Shown in pieces: positions 12,797 through 25,136 of a stretch of 64,000 nt of DNA (positions are counted from its first letter, which is position 1; the number at the start of each line of letters is the position of its first letter). This stretch comes from Lepidodermella squamata (lineage: Eukaryota > Animalia > Gastrotricha). The notes beneath the pieces are model-generated. The model had not been told where the DNA came from and did no database searches. It worked only from the letters and a program-made list of their open reading frames with translations. The position numbers and the translations under genes were made by a program. Location of the stretch: assembly GCA_047495785.1 (NCBI GenBank), contig JBLDXI010000004.1, positions 2,418,001-2,482,000 of the forward strand. The letters are read 5' to 3'.

Positions 12797-15700
12797 TCAT
12801 TCATTTGCGAGATTGCAGTCTCTGATGACACCGGCTGCTAGGATGACGTCTATTGTTTTAACCTTGTTTTCTTCCGACACGTTATCTTCGCAATTTTGGG
12901 CGAGGACTAGAGCAGTCCAGCCTGTGGAGGGCACTCTATAATTGACATCCGCTCCCAGTCCTGCTAGAAGTTCCACAACTGCGTAGTGGCACTTCCATGA
13001 TGCGCACATTAGCGGAGTCATCCATTTTTCAGATAGTAAGTCAATGTTTTGACCCAGTTTCTTCGACAATCGAGATGAGACCTCATTGTTAATACACAGA
13101 GCATTCACATCGGCGCAAAACTGTCCCGCTAGCAGGTGCACAATGTCAACGCAGCCTTGGTCCGCTGCTACGTGAAGTGGCGTCACTCCATTTCTGTCTG
13201 TTGCAAAAGAGGCATTGACGTAAGCTTGGAATTCTCCAGCTAGCACTCCCACGATTTCAGCATGGCCATTCCCAGCAGCTACATGCAAGGGTGTCAAGCC
13301 ATCCTTACCGGAGGCATTGACGTCAGCTCGGAATTCTCCAGCTAGCACTCTCACGATTTCAGCATGGCCATTCCTAGCAGCGAGGTGCAAGGGTGTCAAG
13401 CCATCCTTACCGGAGGCATTGACGTCAGCTCGGAATTCTCCAGCTAGCACTCTCACGATTTCAGCATGGCCATTCCTAGCAGCGAGGTGCAAGGGTGTCA
13501 AGCCATCCTTACCGGAGGCATTGACATCAGCTCGGAAATCTCCAGCTAGCACTCTCACGATTTCGGCATGGCCATTCCTAGCAGCGAGGTGCAAGGGTCT
13601 ATATCCTGAATTCATAGTCGCGTCCACATTTATAAAAGAAGTTGCTAGAATTCTCGCTACTTCAACATGTCCTTCTATGGCTGCGACGTGCAACAATGTC
13701 ATGCCTTGTTCATTTATTATTTGGGTGTTAGCTCCCATATCAGCTGCCAATAGCTTGACTATTCTGGCGTGGCCGTTCTCTACAGCCGCCCATATTGGTG
13801 TCTTGCCGTCTGCTGCGGCACAGTTGACACTTTCGTGTGAAAAGTTTCCGAGAAGATGCACAGTCCTCGTCCGGCCACACTCAGCAGCGACGTAGATAGG
13901 AGTTCTGCCCACCAAGTCTGCAGACAGTGGATCAGCTTTGAACTTCGTTACCAGAAGTTCAACGATGTCATCACGACCCTCTTGTGCAGCAAGGAACAAC
14001 GGGGTAATGCCTTCGTCATTTTTGAAGTTCACATCCAAAGCCGAGTTTGACAGCAGCGATTCGATTTCTTTCTCCTTATTGTGTTGCCTTATGAGTCGAA
14101 ACAGTGGCTGAAAAGACGTAGACGAAGTGTATCTTGAAATTCATTTTTGAATTTACATACTTTTGGATCTAATAACTCGGTGTTCATGTTCATATGCGGG
14201 GGGGTTGGATCATTCAGTGAGCAGAGTAGAGCTAGCGGCGAGATTCGCCTCGACCAATCTCTAATTAAAAATGCCAAAATAACATTCCGGAATGCGGGCG
14301 AATAACCGCGCGAATCGTCAAACGGTTTCTGCCTGTTTCTGCAAATTAGTTAATGTGATTCTCCGAAAAGTCTTTCAGGCAGGAACTTACAGCATGATAT
14401 CCAGGACATTTTCGAACTAAAAAGAAGCCGTGTGGTAGGAAATAGTAAAAGGCTTAATAATAAAGCTAACGGGCCTGTAAAAATTGGCTAATTCGAACAA
14501 AGTTACACCCAAAGACCACCAATCGCTTTCAATAGAGTGCTCCTTTTCCATACAGAATAGTTCAGGCGCCATGTAGCACACGGTGCCAAGCCTGAAGTTG
14601 AACGGCGGTGATTGCTCGATACTGCTTGTTGAGCTGAATAAAATAACGTGGCACATTCATCGTTCAGCGTTCAGAGTATACACTGCTCATCTTACCCATC
14701 ATGAATCTCTGCCAAGCTGAAACCACCGAGTTTCACATCATCGATTTGCAGGAAAATATTTTTCGGCTTGATGTCGCGATGGAGCGCTTGCTTTTCGTGC
14801 AGAGCAGCCAGCGCCGAAGCAAGTTGTCGCGACCATTCTAGCAGCAAATCTTCGGAAATGGGAGCATTTGCTCTTTTTATGTACTCGTCTAAGTCTCCCC
14901 CAGAGCAGTATTCCATGACAAGGTAATAAATATCAGCTCCAGAAGCGCCCGTCTCTGTGATAAAAAGAGGAATCGTTGTGGAACCACTAGTAACTAGTAA
15001 GTTGAACGTTGGCGCGCACGCTGATAGGTGAATTGATCGTTCCTATGGCTACTGGATGAGACATTTATGCCGTGCGATGCACTGATAAATTAGTTCATAT
15101 TTCAGTAAAAAAATGGCTTCGCCACACCCCCTGTTTTCATTGACCGCTTGTCTAAACTCCATACTAACAATCATGGAAAATTACTGCAGCAAAAAACACT
15201 TGCAGAAAATATTTTCGATCGCGCGACCATAATGTTCCATCCGGTAACAATCGATTGACCAATCAGCGTGCGCATCTGATTTGAACTTTTTGATTGTTAC
15301 CGCGATGATCGGCGTCCCTTTGAGAGAAGCCTTCAAGAAAAGAGTTGCAAGGCGAGAAGTCATAGAAGCTAATTTGTGGAGATAATCAAACGCCCTCAAT
15401 CACCAAGTCCTTACTCCTTCTGTCCTTTACACACGTGAGACTTGAGGGAAGAGTGGTCCGACTACCTCTCGCAAGGCGTGAATCGACAGGGCCGAGAAGA
15501 AGCTGCCAATGATTTACTTGCGGTTCGAGGCACAGTTTCGAGGTCAACGAACAAGCGAATCATAAGCGAAATCAACTTTAAACACTGCGCTAACCTTAAA
15601 CCCTGCACCTGTTACAATGTAATTCCCGCTTTAACCCAATTTAACCCAACCAACCTCGCGTTTCGATAGTGTCGGTATATATAACGACCTGCCACCATTC

Positions 15701-16281
15701 AAGATAAAGTTAACATACATGTATCTAACATATTGCCTAAACAAATCTCAAAGCTGAACCCTGTAACACTCGTTTCTGTCAAACCCCCGTGTTCTAGAAC
15801 CAGGAGCTGAGCATAGCATTCGGCCCAAATATTCGCCAGGGCTCTAATCTTATGCCAGTGTCAGAGATCGGTTTAAAGTACGAAGAGGCCGTGAGGCATT
15901 GCGCATTGCGCCCCCGGAGACGGGAGACGCATGCATTCGCATAGCTTACCAACAAATGCTCCAAAAACCTGAACAACATTCGGTTGTGAAAGTTTGGCCA
16001 ATTTTTCATGCTGGAAATGCGAAAATGGCATAGCAAGGGATTTAAATTTAACATAAATTAATCCTGACCTCTTCTTCACACAATTTGACCAGTCTTTCGG
16101 CTAAATGTGGTTCTGTAGCGTGAACTTCACGAATCCGCGTGAGATTTACTTCCTTGACAGCATAAGGTGCCACGTCATTGCAGTTACGCCTGCACAGCAT
16201 TGTTGACCCAAAGTAACCCCTTCCTAAATTCTTCTCGATTGAAAACTCGTGTATGGAAGAAAACCGGTTCTTCACAGCCAT
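12797..16281 (-). CDS. NEK-like (probable pseudo)kinase fused to an ankyrin-repeat array
   Basis: Short exons spell LGRGYFG, YAVKE, MEYCSGGDL, HRDIKPKN, GTVCYMAPE and SDWWSLG. They splice in frame (…LLDPK|PLFRLIRQ…) into the ankyrin exon ending at 12797. The DFG position reads GFS. Confidence 0.8.
13209..13598. repeat. Near-perfect 102-bp tandem repeat (about 3.8 units) encoding 34-aa ankyrin units
   Basis: Units start at 13209, 13311, 13413 and 13515. The middle two appear identical at the DNA level. Confidence 0.9.
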
Positions 16282-17299
16282 GACTACGGAAGTAGAAGAT
16301 CAATTTAAAAATTAGTAATGCAACCAGCACTAAACGGAAACTGTAAATGCCCACCGCTTTCTTCTGAAGTAATTTTGTTCGTATGCAGATAAGATAACAC
16401 CGACGTTGTATGGCGTCAGATAGTAAGTAATTGTAGGTTCTATGTTTCCTTCTGATAAGCCTTTGATACACTTATATTTGTATGGTATGACATGAGTAAA
16501 ACGTTTATATCTGTACGGAGCCGCCCGAGATTTAGGAGTCGGAACGAGCCGGAGGCGAGTTGCGAAGAGTAAATCGAGTGCGGCGATCGTAAACGCCATC
16601 GTAAACAGCCAAAATTAAGCTTATAACTATTAACTATTAAGACACGTCTCATCAGAATGAAACAAATAATTTCAGGATTTAAAAGGCAACTAGTTTATCT
16701 TTTAATCAAAATGAATGAATATCAAATAACAGTGTATTTAATCTGTAAAGAAAAGAAAATAAAATTCATCATTCGTGATCCTGAACTGCCGCGTCGGCAG
16801 AATATAACGTTTATGAAATGCGCAATGCACTTTGCGACGGAATTCTGCATCAGGATCTGTGACACAGAAGTGTAGCAGGTGATTCAAATGATAACGCTCG
16901 CTTTCAAGCTATCTTCTTGGCCAATGGTCTGCCGACCTGGCTCTGTGTGCAGAAAAGTTCATTAGGCGTACAGATGCCTTGTCGGAGAAGCTGTCGAAAC
17001 CGAATGACACCACAAGCACTTGCAGCGTATAGCATACAACCCGCAACAGTTTTATTTAAATCTGTTCCTTTGTTTCTCTATTGCCTTCCACCTAGCGATT
17101 TCTGCATCATCGATCTGCATAAACTCCTCAGCTAATTTTAGCTGAACGAATAATTGCTTCAATTTATTTTAAGCCTTTCCAATGAATGACTTTAACGAGC
17201 TTAATTTAATTCAACTTAGACCAACTTTAAATATTATAGGACATTGACAGAGGACAAATCTTTCAAAAGTTCAAAGGATTCAAGGGAAGAATTTCCCTT

Positions 17300-19320
17300 T
17301 TAATTACGCCTAATCCTTTTGCAAGAACGCACACTCGCGTCACTTTTCCCCCTGGATGTTAGGAGATTTTCTATTCGCTGCTTGTCTTCCGCTGATACTT
17401 TATCGTCACAATTCTGTGCGAGTAGTAGAGCGGACCAGTCCGTCGATGGAGCTCTACAATTGACATTCGTACCAAGCTCTCGAGTTAGCAGATCTACAAC
17501 TGCGTAGTGACCTTTGAATGATGCGCACATGAGCGGAGTCATCCATCTTCCTGAAGGAGCACCAATGTTTTGCCTGAGTTTCGATAACAAGTAAGATGCT
17601 GTCTCTTTGTTAACGCACATCGCATTTACGTTGGCTCCAAACTGCTCAACCAGAAGCCTGACAATTTCGACGTGGCCACCATCAGCAGCGATGTGCAGTG
17701 GCGTAGTTCCATCTCGGTCTCGAGCATCCACATCGCTACCATAATCTGATAGTAACATCTTCACGATGCCCAAGCTACCTGAACGAGTGGCAACATGGAG
17801 CGGCGTAAGACAACAGTGTGACTGCGCAACGAGAATTTTGGCGATTTCCTCGTTTTTATTCTCGGCAGCTATATGCAAAGGAGTCCAGCCATCTTTTCTT
17901 GTGGCAGTAACATTCGCTTCGAATTCCTCGGCTAGAATCCCCACGATTTCTGCTTTTTTACTTTGACAGGCGATGAACAGAGGAGTCCGACCTTCCTCAT
18001 CTGGCGCATTAACATTAGCCTTAAAATCTCTAGCTAAAATTCTCACAACTTCCGCATGTCCATAAAGAGCCGCGAAATGCAAGGGAGTCCCGCCATCTTG
18101 TTTCGAGGCATTGACATCAGCCTTGAATTCCCCGGCTAACATTTTTACTATATTAGCGTGCCCACTCCAAGCAGCATGATGTAAGGGAGTCCAACCATCA
18201 TTTGCCGGTGTATTAACATCAGCGTGGTATTCTGCTAGAATTCTGACTATTTCCTGATGTCCTTTCTCAGCAGCGTAATGCAAGGCTGCTCGGCCATCAT
18301 TCGCAGTGACATTAACAGTAGTGCGGGATTCACTGTTGGCCAAGATGATCTTCACAATTGCTGTATGTCCCTTTTCAGAAGCATAATGCAATGCTGTTCG
18401 CCCATCTTCGGCAGAGATATTAACATTAGTTTTATTGTTGACTAAGGTCATCACTACAGCAGTATATCCCCTCTCAGAAGCGTAATGCAAGGCTGTTCGG
18501 CCGTCCATATCCTGGGCGTTGAAATTCGCTTGACTTATATTGGCTAGGCTGTTGACGATTTTTTCATAACCTTGCTCAGCAGCGTAATGCAAGGCAGTTC
18601 GGCCATCTCCTGACTTTTCATTTGCATTAGCTCTGGGTTGATTTCCAAGTAGATTCACCATATCTAAGTTGCGTCTTAGCACTGCAAGATGTAAGGGCGT
18701 GTAACCCGAGGTCCTCATTTTTGCGTTCACACTGTAATCATTTGCTACAATTCTTGCTACATCAACATGTCCGTTCATAGCTGCGACGTGCAACAGTGTC
18801 ATGCCTTGCTTATTCGTTATTTGGGTGTTAGCGTTCAATTCTGTCCCCAACAACTTGACAATTTCAGCGTGGCCGTTCTCCGCTGCCACCCATATTGGCG
18901 TTCTTTCATCTGAGGACGCGCTGTCAACACTTTGTGGACAACATTTTCCAAGGCGTTCCACGATCGTCCTCCGGCCACAATCAGCAGCGACATAGATGGG
19001 AGTTCTCCCCAACAAATCCAAAGATAACGGATTCGCATGGAACCTCAACAGAAGATCAACGATGTCATCATGCCCGTCTTGTGCAGCCAGAAACAACAGG
19101 GTAATTCCATCTTCACTTTTGAAGTTCACGTCCAAGTTCGATTCAGGATTTGATAACAGCGATTCGATTTCCTTCTTTTTCTTTTCCCTGATTAGTCGAA
19201 ACAACCCCTTGAACGAAATTATGGCAAGCGTTCTTTCGTTTCAGATTCGAATTCACCTACCATTTGCGGATTAATGGACGAAGATGTTGACTGGACGCGC
19301 GTCGCATTGGCATCCGCCAT
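17300..19320 (-). CDS. Ankyrin-repeat protein (about 17 repeats), kinase-less paralogue
   Basis: Large exon 19207-17300 is homologous to the ankyrin exon of the kinase-ANK genes (LFRLIR…, WMTPLMCAS.KGHY tail). Candidate short first exon 19320-19261 (MADANATRV…), with intron 19260-19208. Confidence 0.8.
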
Positions 19321-19908
19321 TTTTTGTTTATATATTCGCGTAAATAAATTAGTTCTATTTTAAGTAAATTTCAAGTAAATTCTAAGTACACATATAACAG
19401 TAGAAGGTTCCCAAGTGGTTAAAAAACTTCGGTTGGGCCGTTTTGTAATTGATTCGCAAATCCTTTCACGCTGATTCGGAAATCCTGGTTGCCACTGCTA
19501 ATAAATGGCAATAAATCGAATGTACTAATGCATGGTTAAATCTATTCTCAACAGCCAGCAGAGTATGAGAAGAAAGGGCTATTTGAGAAGTAATTAGAAG
19601 TATTCGTATTATAACCACTTTTGTACTCAAGTTTATACTGACCATCGTCTTGTTTCGACAAAATTGTGTACGTTAACTGATAAGATAAACTGGCGATAAA
19701 CGGGTGAGCTTCCTATTTTTCGGCACTTGAGCGATGGGTGATAGGACGTCACGGGTGATAGGACATGAAAAACTGCCAAGCATACGTGATACACGGAATG
19801 CGATATGTGATGATACTCTTCCGATGAAGCCCTACTCCCAAAATCTAAAATGAAAGCGATTGAGCGGGGCTTCTCAATTTGTGAGCAGCGCGTCCTATTA
19901 GTCCTACT

Positions 19909-19980
19909 AGTGCGCGAAGTAGCATCCTGGGAGTATTTTTCGTCCCAAATTTTAAAACAAAGGGTCAACCCTGTGGTAGT
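19909..19980 (+). repeat. Diverged partial copy of the MITE family at 49981
   Basis: AGTGCGCGAAGTAGCATCCTGGGAG…AAAGGGTCAACCCTGTGG resembles the left half of 49981-50070. Confidence 0.4.
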
Positions 19981-20324
19981 TTTGGGTTTTCCACCTTGCG
20001 AACTGGAAAAGAAACAAATTCTCTAAAATGTGTCGCTAGTGGTGAGTTTGAAGCATGCTGAGTCGCGGCTTTCTATTTCCTTGTGAAATTTGATGGATTT
20101 ATTTATTTGGATTAAGTCGTTCAACCGTAGGCTGTAGTCCCACTTCGCTGCGGTGGTCGGGTTTCAGACATCGAAATGCAAAGATTATGCGAGGCAAATT
20201 TGTTATGCGTCTTCATTATCGATGTTATTACTTTCGTAGATGTTACTCTCTGATCGCCTAAAACAGCCTTGGTTAGCCGTATTTTCCGCGTTTTGACGTC
20301 TATGTTTCAATCGCCAACAGCCCA

Positions 20325-21519
20325 CACAGTAAAAAATAACTCAGTGATTACCGAGCTAAAATGGCTAATCGGTGATCACCAATTTACATGTTAATTGATT
20401 CAAACTGAGCAAAACTGAGCGTGCACCAGGTGTTTACCGACTTTTTCGGCGACAACCGAGTTAGTTACAACCGAGTTTTTAGCAACCGATTTGACAAAAT
20501 CGGTGAAAACCAGCCCAGAAATAGGTGAAAACCGACTTTTCAGTACATTTTTACCGCTTTCCTGCAAGGTTATAACCGAGGGATTCAAAACAGGCTCCAT
20601 CTTAAAAATGCAATAATTAATGTGAATTTGTAACCCCACTTAGGTCCCAGGTGCCGGTAACCATTGTAGATCGACTCCTAATATTGTTTGAAAGAATCGA
20701 AGACAAATCGCTCGATGTTGAGATGTGTCGTCGGTTGGAGTCGAACCCGGGTCGCCTTGCCAAAGAGGTGGACGCGCTACCACTAGACCAGCTGGTCAAG
20801 GGTTAATAGGGGTATATAAGTTTCAAGCCGGTTTTTTAATTCATTTTTGACTCTAGTGTGAGGGAAATAGGTAAGGCGATTTGCTCGCAGAGCAGTTGGA
20901 AGGAGGTCCATCCCACCCATGGTACCCACAGAGGGTGTCTAGATCCAAATATTGATCATTTTTGTTTATGCTTTATTTTTATTTTTATTTTTTTATTTTT
21001 TTTATTTTGAAAATGTTTCCCACTGCAGTTTTTCATGGGGAATCTTCTGGTGGAATCCGTTTTCTAATAGGTCTCATAATTATATTGCTTTGATCATGTG
21101 CAAGAGACAACAAAGAGCGTGGAAAGCCTTAAATCGTAGGCCTAAGCGTGGGCTCGCCGGTTTTAGCTGTTTTGAAAAATAATGAAATCATTCGAATTCA
21201 AGAAATCGATAATTTGATCGATCGATAATCGATAATCAATAGCCGATTATCGATTTTCTATGCAATGCTAAATACACTCAAGTAACCTCAAATAATCTTA
21301 AAACCCTTGAAAGGCTTCAAAATGGTGCTCAACCGAGTAAGAAACTCGGTTATGCCGGGTATTCTTCATTTGTCGAGTTTAAAACCGACTTATTTTACTC
21401 GGTTATAGCGGAATTTGGCAAAAAGTCGGTTGCGAACTCAGTTTTGCCGGGATTTAACGCCGATAGATAGTAATCACCGATTTGTGTAATTGGCGATGAC
21501 TGAGTTATTTTTTACTGTG
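20325..21519. mobile_element. Non-autonomous CMC/EnSpm(CACTA)-like DNA transposon
   Basis: TIRs CACAGTAAAAAATAACTCAGT … ACTGAGTTATTTTTTACTGTG. 2-bp TSD (CA). Many subterminal ACCGA/TCGGT repeats at both ends. No transposase ORF. Confidence 0.75.
20726..20797 (-). pseudogene. tRNA-like sequence (pseudo-tRNA or SINE head) inside the EnSpm-like element
   Basis: GACCAGCTGGTCTAGTGGTAGCG…CCCGGGTTCGACTCC has good A and B boxes, but the acceptor stem and T-stem do not pair properly. Confidence 0.55.
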
Positions 21520-22024
21520 CACATTAGTTCGCGGTTAGCGATGACTTTCACACGTATCTTTGTCTCAGTACTTCCATACCTATATTCATATTCATCACTG
21601 GTCCCATACACATATATATGACACATGATCAACCTATTCTCAGCGGAGACAATTTATTTTTTTTATTTTCCAATAATATCACAATCCAATCGTGGGGAAG
21701 AAGACATTGTTTGGAGTCGTACAATACACAATACTCGGAGCTTCCGGATTTTATTAGCATTTTTGTAAAAGATCCCGAGACGCCGCATGAGCTTGCACCT
21801 TATTTATTTCATCAAAAAATAACTTTATCAGTTCCAAACTTCGCTTTCTATTATTAATAGTCAGTCAGATGGGATGCCGTATGAAACTGTGTGTCCTTTT
21901 CCAAGGTAAAGGTCGATTCTGAATCAGTCGATTAATCTTCGAAAATCTCAAGACTGCGCGGATCCTCGAGTTAGGGGGTATTTTCGACCAAAAAATGCCT
22001 AGAAGATGGAGTTGATTATCGAGA

Positions 22025-22150
22025 AAGACCAAACCACGATCGACGCCAGGGGTTTAGCTTCGGTCGACAGCAGGGTGATAGGACGCTGGATCTGCGGCAT
22101 GCCGGCCTTCGGCATATGCGCAACCACCGTTTCCTTCCAAACTTGAGGCT
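22025..22150 (-). mobile_element. Small diverged RT fragment related to the LINE at 23.5-28.4 kb
   Basis: Translates to QVWKETVVAHMPKAGMPQ..QRPITLLSTEAK, matching QAWKEAVVVPIPKAGKPQ…QRPISLLPTDAK in LINE ORF2. It abuts the truncated ankyrin 3' end. Confidence 0.6.
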
Positions 22151-22931
22151 CGTATCAACTGTTAAGGGACATTTTAAGCCGCCGACGAAGACTCCCGCGT
22201 GTCCATTTCGAGCAGCATTCTGCCTGGGAGTCTCGCCTTCTTTATCGGAGGCATTAACGTCTGCATGAAATTCTCCGGCTAGAATTTTCACGATTTTCGT
22301 ATGCCCGTTCCCAGCTGCGTAATGCAAAGGAGTCTTCCCTTTACTATCACGGGCATTGATGCCAGCGTGGAATTCTCCTGCGAGTATTTTCACGATTTCC
22401 GCGCGTCCATTCCAAGAGGCGCAATGCAAGGGAGTCATTCCAAACGTGGAAGTGGAATTAACATTAGTATGACATTTTTCGGCTAGAATTTTCACGACTT
22501 TAATATGCCCATTCTCAGCAGCGTAATGCAAAGGAAGCTTGCCTTTACTACTACGGGCATTGATGTCAGCATGAAATTCCCCGGCTAAACATGTTACGGT
22601 GTCCTCGTGCCCAGTCATAGCTGCGCAATGCAATGGCAGGGCTGCAAAAAGTGTACCACCATGCCACCCTTGGTGGTGGGAAATTTTCGAAGTTAAAACC
22701 CTGTTTTTGTGGGAAGTTTCCGCCGGAGGCGATTTGTTGATAAATATGCGTCTAAATGTCAATTTTTGGTTACATTTTTAACCATGAAACGACTACAACT
22801 CACCTTGCTATTTAGCGCTTCTCGCGATTTATCAAGTCCACATCCTATTCACCAGTCATGAGTCTAATATGATTGATATGCGAGCGAACTATATTGATTT
22901 CCCACTTCTCCATACAACTTCTTACTGGCTT

Positions 22932-23290
22932 GGAATTTGGGAAAACAAATTGGATTTTCGGAATCAGCGCGAAAAATTAGGGTAGTCTGCATGTTTGCGC
23001 ACGGTTATCGTGAAAATTGGAGAAGAAATGGGAATGTAAAGAAATTAACTTGTGCGCGCGTGAGAGAGCGCGCGCGCATTTATCACACGCTACACACGGC
23101 TTCCCCGCTCATGCGCGCTTCCCAAATGCGCACGGTGGAGCGCGTGGAAGGCTGTGTGTGCGCACTACAATCCGCGAAATGTTTGACGACCTATTTCTTC
23201 CTGATTTTGCTTGCTAACTGTGCGCAAATTTGCAGACTACCCTATTTTTTTGCGCTGATTCCGAATATCTAATTTGTTTTCCCAAATTCC
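22932..23290. mobile_element. MITE with roughly 75-bp imperfect terminal inverted repeats
   Basis: GGAATTTGGGAAAACAAATT…GGGTAGTCTGCA is mirrored by TGCAGACTACCC…AATTTGTTTTCCCAAATTCC. No clear TSD. Confidence 0.7.
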
Positions 23291-23624
23291 TGATAGTTAC
23301 CAAGTTGTAATGACTATGTAAAATTGTAAATTGGGCAGTATCAGTCTTTAAAAAAACACTAGTTTCATGGTAATAGATGAGTTTTCCCATAAATTATCAA
23401 GAATAAATACCCAAAAATAGTAATTCCAGGCGTTTAAAGCATGAAATATAGTCAGAATTATCAAATTTCGGCTCGCTGCGCTCGACAATTATTTTCTGCT
23501 TTATTGGCTGCGATCTGCGATCTGCGATCTGCGATTGAATATTAAATTTTCTGAGGTTTTTTAATTGATAATATTTACTCGACGCTTCCCATCGCGCCAC
23601 AGCTTTGAGGAAGTTTACTGGAGT

Positions 23625-25136
23625 ATGGCTACACCAGCGAAGAAGCCATTTGGAATGACTGTCGAAGAGCGAGCGAAGAAGCTGCGGGTCGACGATCTTA
23701 CGGTCGATCAAGTTGCTCTCGTCATGCAGCTAATCCAGCAGTTACGCTCGGAGAATGCTGACACCGTTCCGTCGTCTCCCTGCCCGCCGACTGGGCAGTC
23801 CCCTCCTCACCTGTCTTCGTTCGGTGACCTTCAGATGTCTGTTGACAGTCCACCTTCCTCCCCACCCCCGTCGTCAAGTGGGGCGTCGAACCAGCCCTGG
23901 CAGCAAGCGTCGCCCAAGCGTAAAGTGGCGCGCAAGGAAGACCCGCCGCCTCCGCCCCCGACTCGTACATCTGCTCCCCACCCGTCTATTGGACCTCAAG
24001 AGGCGCCTGTCAACTACAAGGTCGTGATAATCGACCGCGTCACTGGCATGACTCGTGGAGAGCTCGAGCCAGAGTTGGTCCGCGTTGCGCCATGGCTGGC
24101 GCCCGTCGCGGTCGATGTCATGAGCAGCGGCGGCCTCCGCGTGAAGTGCGCCACTGCGACGGACGCTGACAAGCTACTCAAGCGTACCGGCTTCCCTAAG
24201 GGTGCGTTTCGCGACTCAGACTTCCGCATTCACTATCCGGGCCGGCCTGACCCGACTGTGACCGAATCAGATCGCATTTTGAAAGACAAACGCTCGGCCA
24301 TATGCTACCGCCTGCCCTCCTGTTACACTGGCGATACTCTGCGCCCCCTTTTCCGGCCCGAGTATATCGAGGAAATCCGCGAGATTCCCCCGCTCCCTGG
24401 TAAGCAGACGTCGCCGATGGTGCTCGTCTTTCGATCGGCTGAGCATTACGAGGATGCCATGGCTAACGGTGTCAAGTTTCTGAATCGTCGCATTAAAGTC
24501 CACAAGTTGAAAAGCAAGGCTCTCCCGCCTACCTGTCTGAAGTGCGCCGCTTACGGCCATGTCGCTGTCGATTGTTCTCCGGACACCACGCCACGATGCA
24601 GCCGCTGTGCTGCGACTGATCACACGATTTCCACCTGTCTCGCTGAGCCTGAAGATCGTCGTTGCCCCCACTGCAGTGGCGGCGGTGAGCCTCATCATTC
24701 TGGTTCGTGGCGGGGCTGCCCTGCGTTCAAGACCGCCCAGGCTGACGAGGTGGCCCGTCGCCGTGCCATCGCCGTCGCCCGTGAAGCGAAAGCCGCCGAA
24801 CGTGAAAAGCGTCGTCAACAAGCGAAGGTCCCCGAGCACCTACGGGGTGGCCCCACGCACTTTCTCTCCACCCGTGACTTTGTCGGCGGACCAACGCCTG
24901 CTCCGTGGTCATCCACTTCTCCGTCGTGGGTGCCTCCTGCTACTCCGCCTGTTAATCCTGCACTCCGCGGTCACTTTCTGTCGCCTGATGGCGCCCGGCT
25001 CTTTAGTCTTATGGAAGAGCGGTTCCAGCGTATGGAAGCCGCTTTCGAGCGCCGACTCGACACTGTCGGACGCTTATTCGACCGGCTCTTCGCCCCCCCG
25101 CTGCCGCCACAAACCAGCTCGACCCGTAATGGCTAA
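23625..25136 (+). CDS. LINE ORF1, gag-like nucleic-acid-binding protein
   Basis: Three Cys/His knuckles: CLKCAAYGHVAVDC, CSRCAATDHTISTC and CPHC…H…C. Pro-rich N-terminus. First ATG at 23625. Confidence 0.85.
   Translation: MATPAKKPFGMTVEERAKKLRVDDLTVDQVALVMQLIQQLRSENADTVPSSPCPPTGQSPPHLSSFGDLQMSVDSPPSSPPPSSSGASNQPWQQASPKRKVARKEDPPPPPPTRTSAPHPSIGPQEAPVNYKVVIIDRVTGMTRGELEPELVRVAPWLAPVAVDVMSSGGLRVKCATATDADKLLKRTGFPKGAFRDSDFRIHYPGRPDPTVTESDRILKDKRSAICYRLPSCYTGDTLRPLFRPEYIEEIREIPPLPGKQTSPMVLVFRSAEHYEDAMANGVKFLNRRIKVHKLKSKALPPTCLKCAAYGHVAVDCSPDTTPRCSRCAATDHTISTCLAEPEDRRCPHCSGGGEPHHSGSWRGCPAFKTAQADEVARRRAIAVAREAKAAEREKRRQQAKVPEHLRGGPTHFLSTRDFVGGPTPAPWSSTSPSWVPPATPPVNPALRGHFLSPDGARLFSLMEERFQRMEAAFERRLDTVGRLFDRLFAPPLPPQTSSTRNG

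Noticed and set aside
13317-13895. Repetitive 192-aa plus-strand ORF and similar antisense ORFs over ankyrin, protease, LINE and viral genes
   Set aside because: Shadow frames of real genes on the opposite strand.
14990-15930. About 0.9 kb of extra intron sequence in the first kinase-ANK gene
   Set aside because: Probably an insertion relative to the paralogue, but I found no TIR, TSD or coding signal to classify it.
20726-20797. Functional tRNA gene
   Set aside because: Acceptor and T stems do not pair and no credible anticodon arm is present, so it is kept only as tRNA-like.
22016-22762. Standalone 248-aa ankyrin gene
   Set aside because: Chimeric ORF made of hAT end sequence, the severed ankyrin exon and an out-of-frame LINE fragment.
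24559-25128. N-terminal 190 aa of the 1147-aa ORF
   Set aside because: Overlaps ORF1 in another frame. The endonuclease begins right after the ATG at 25129.
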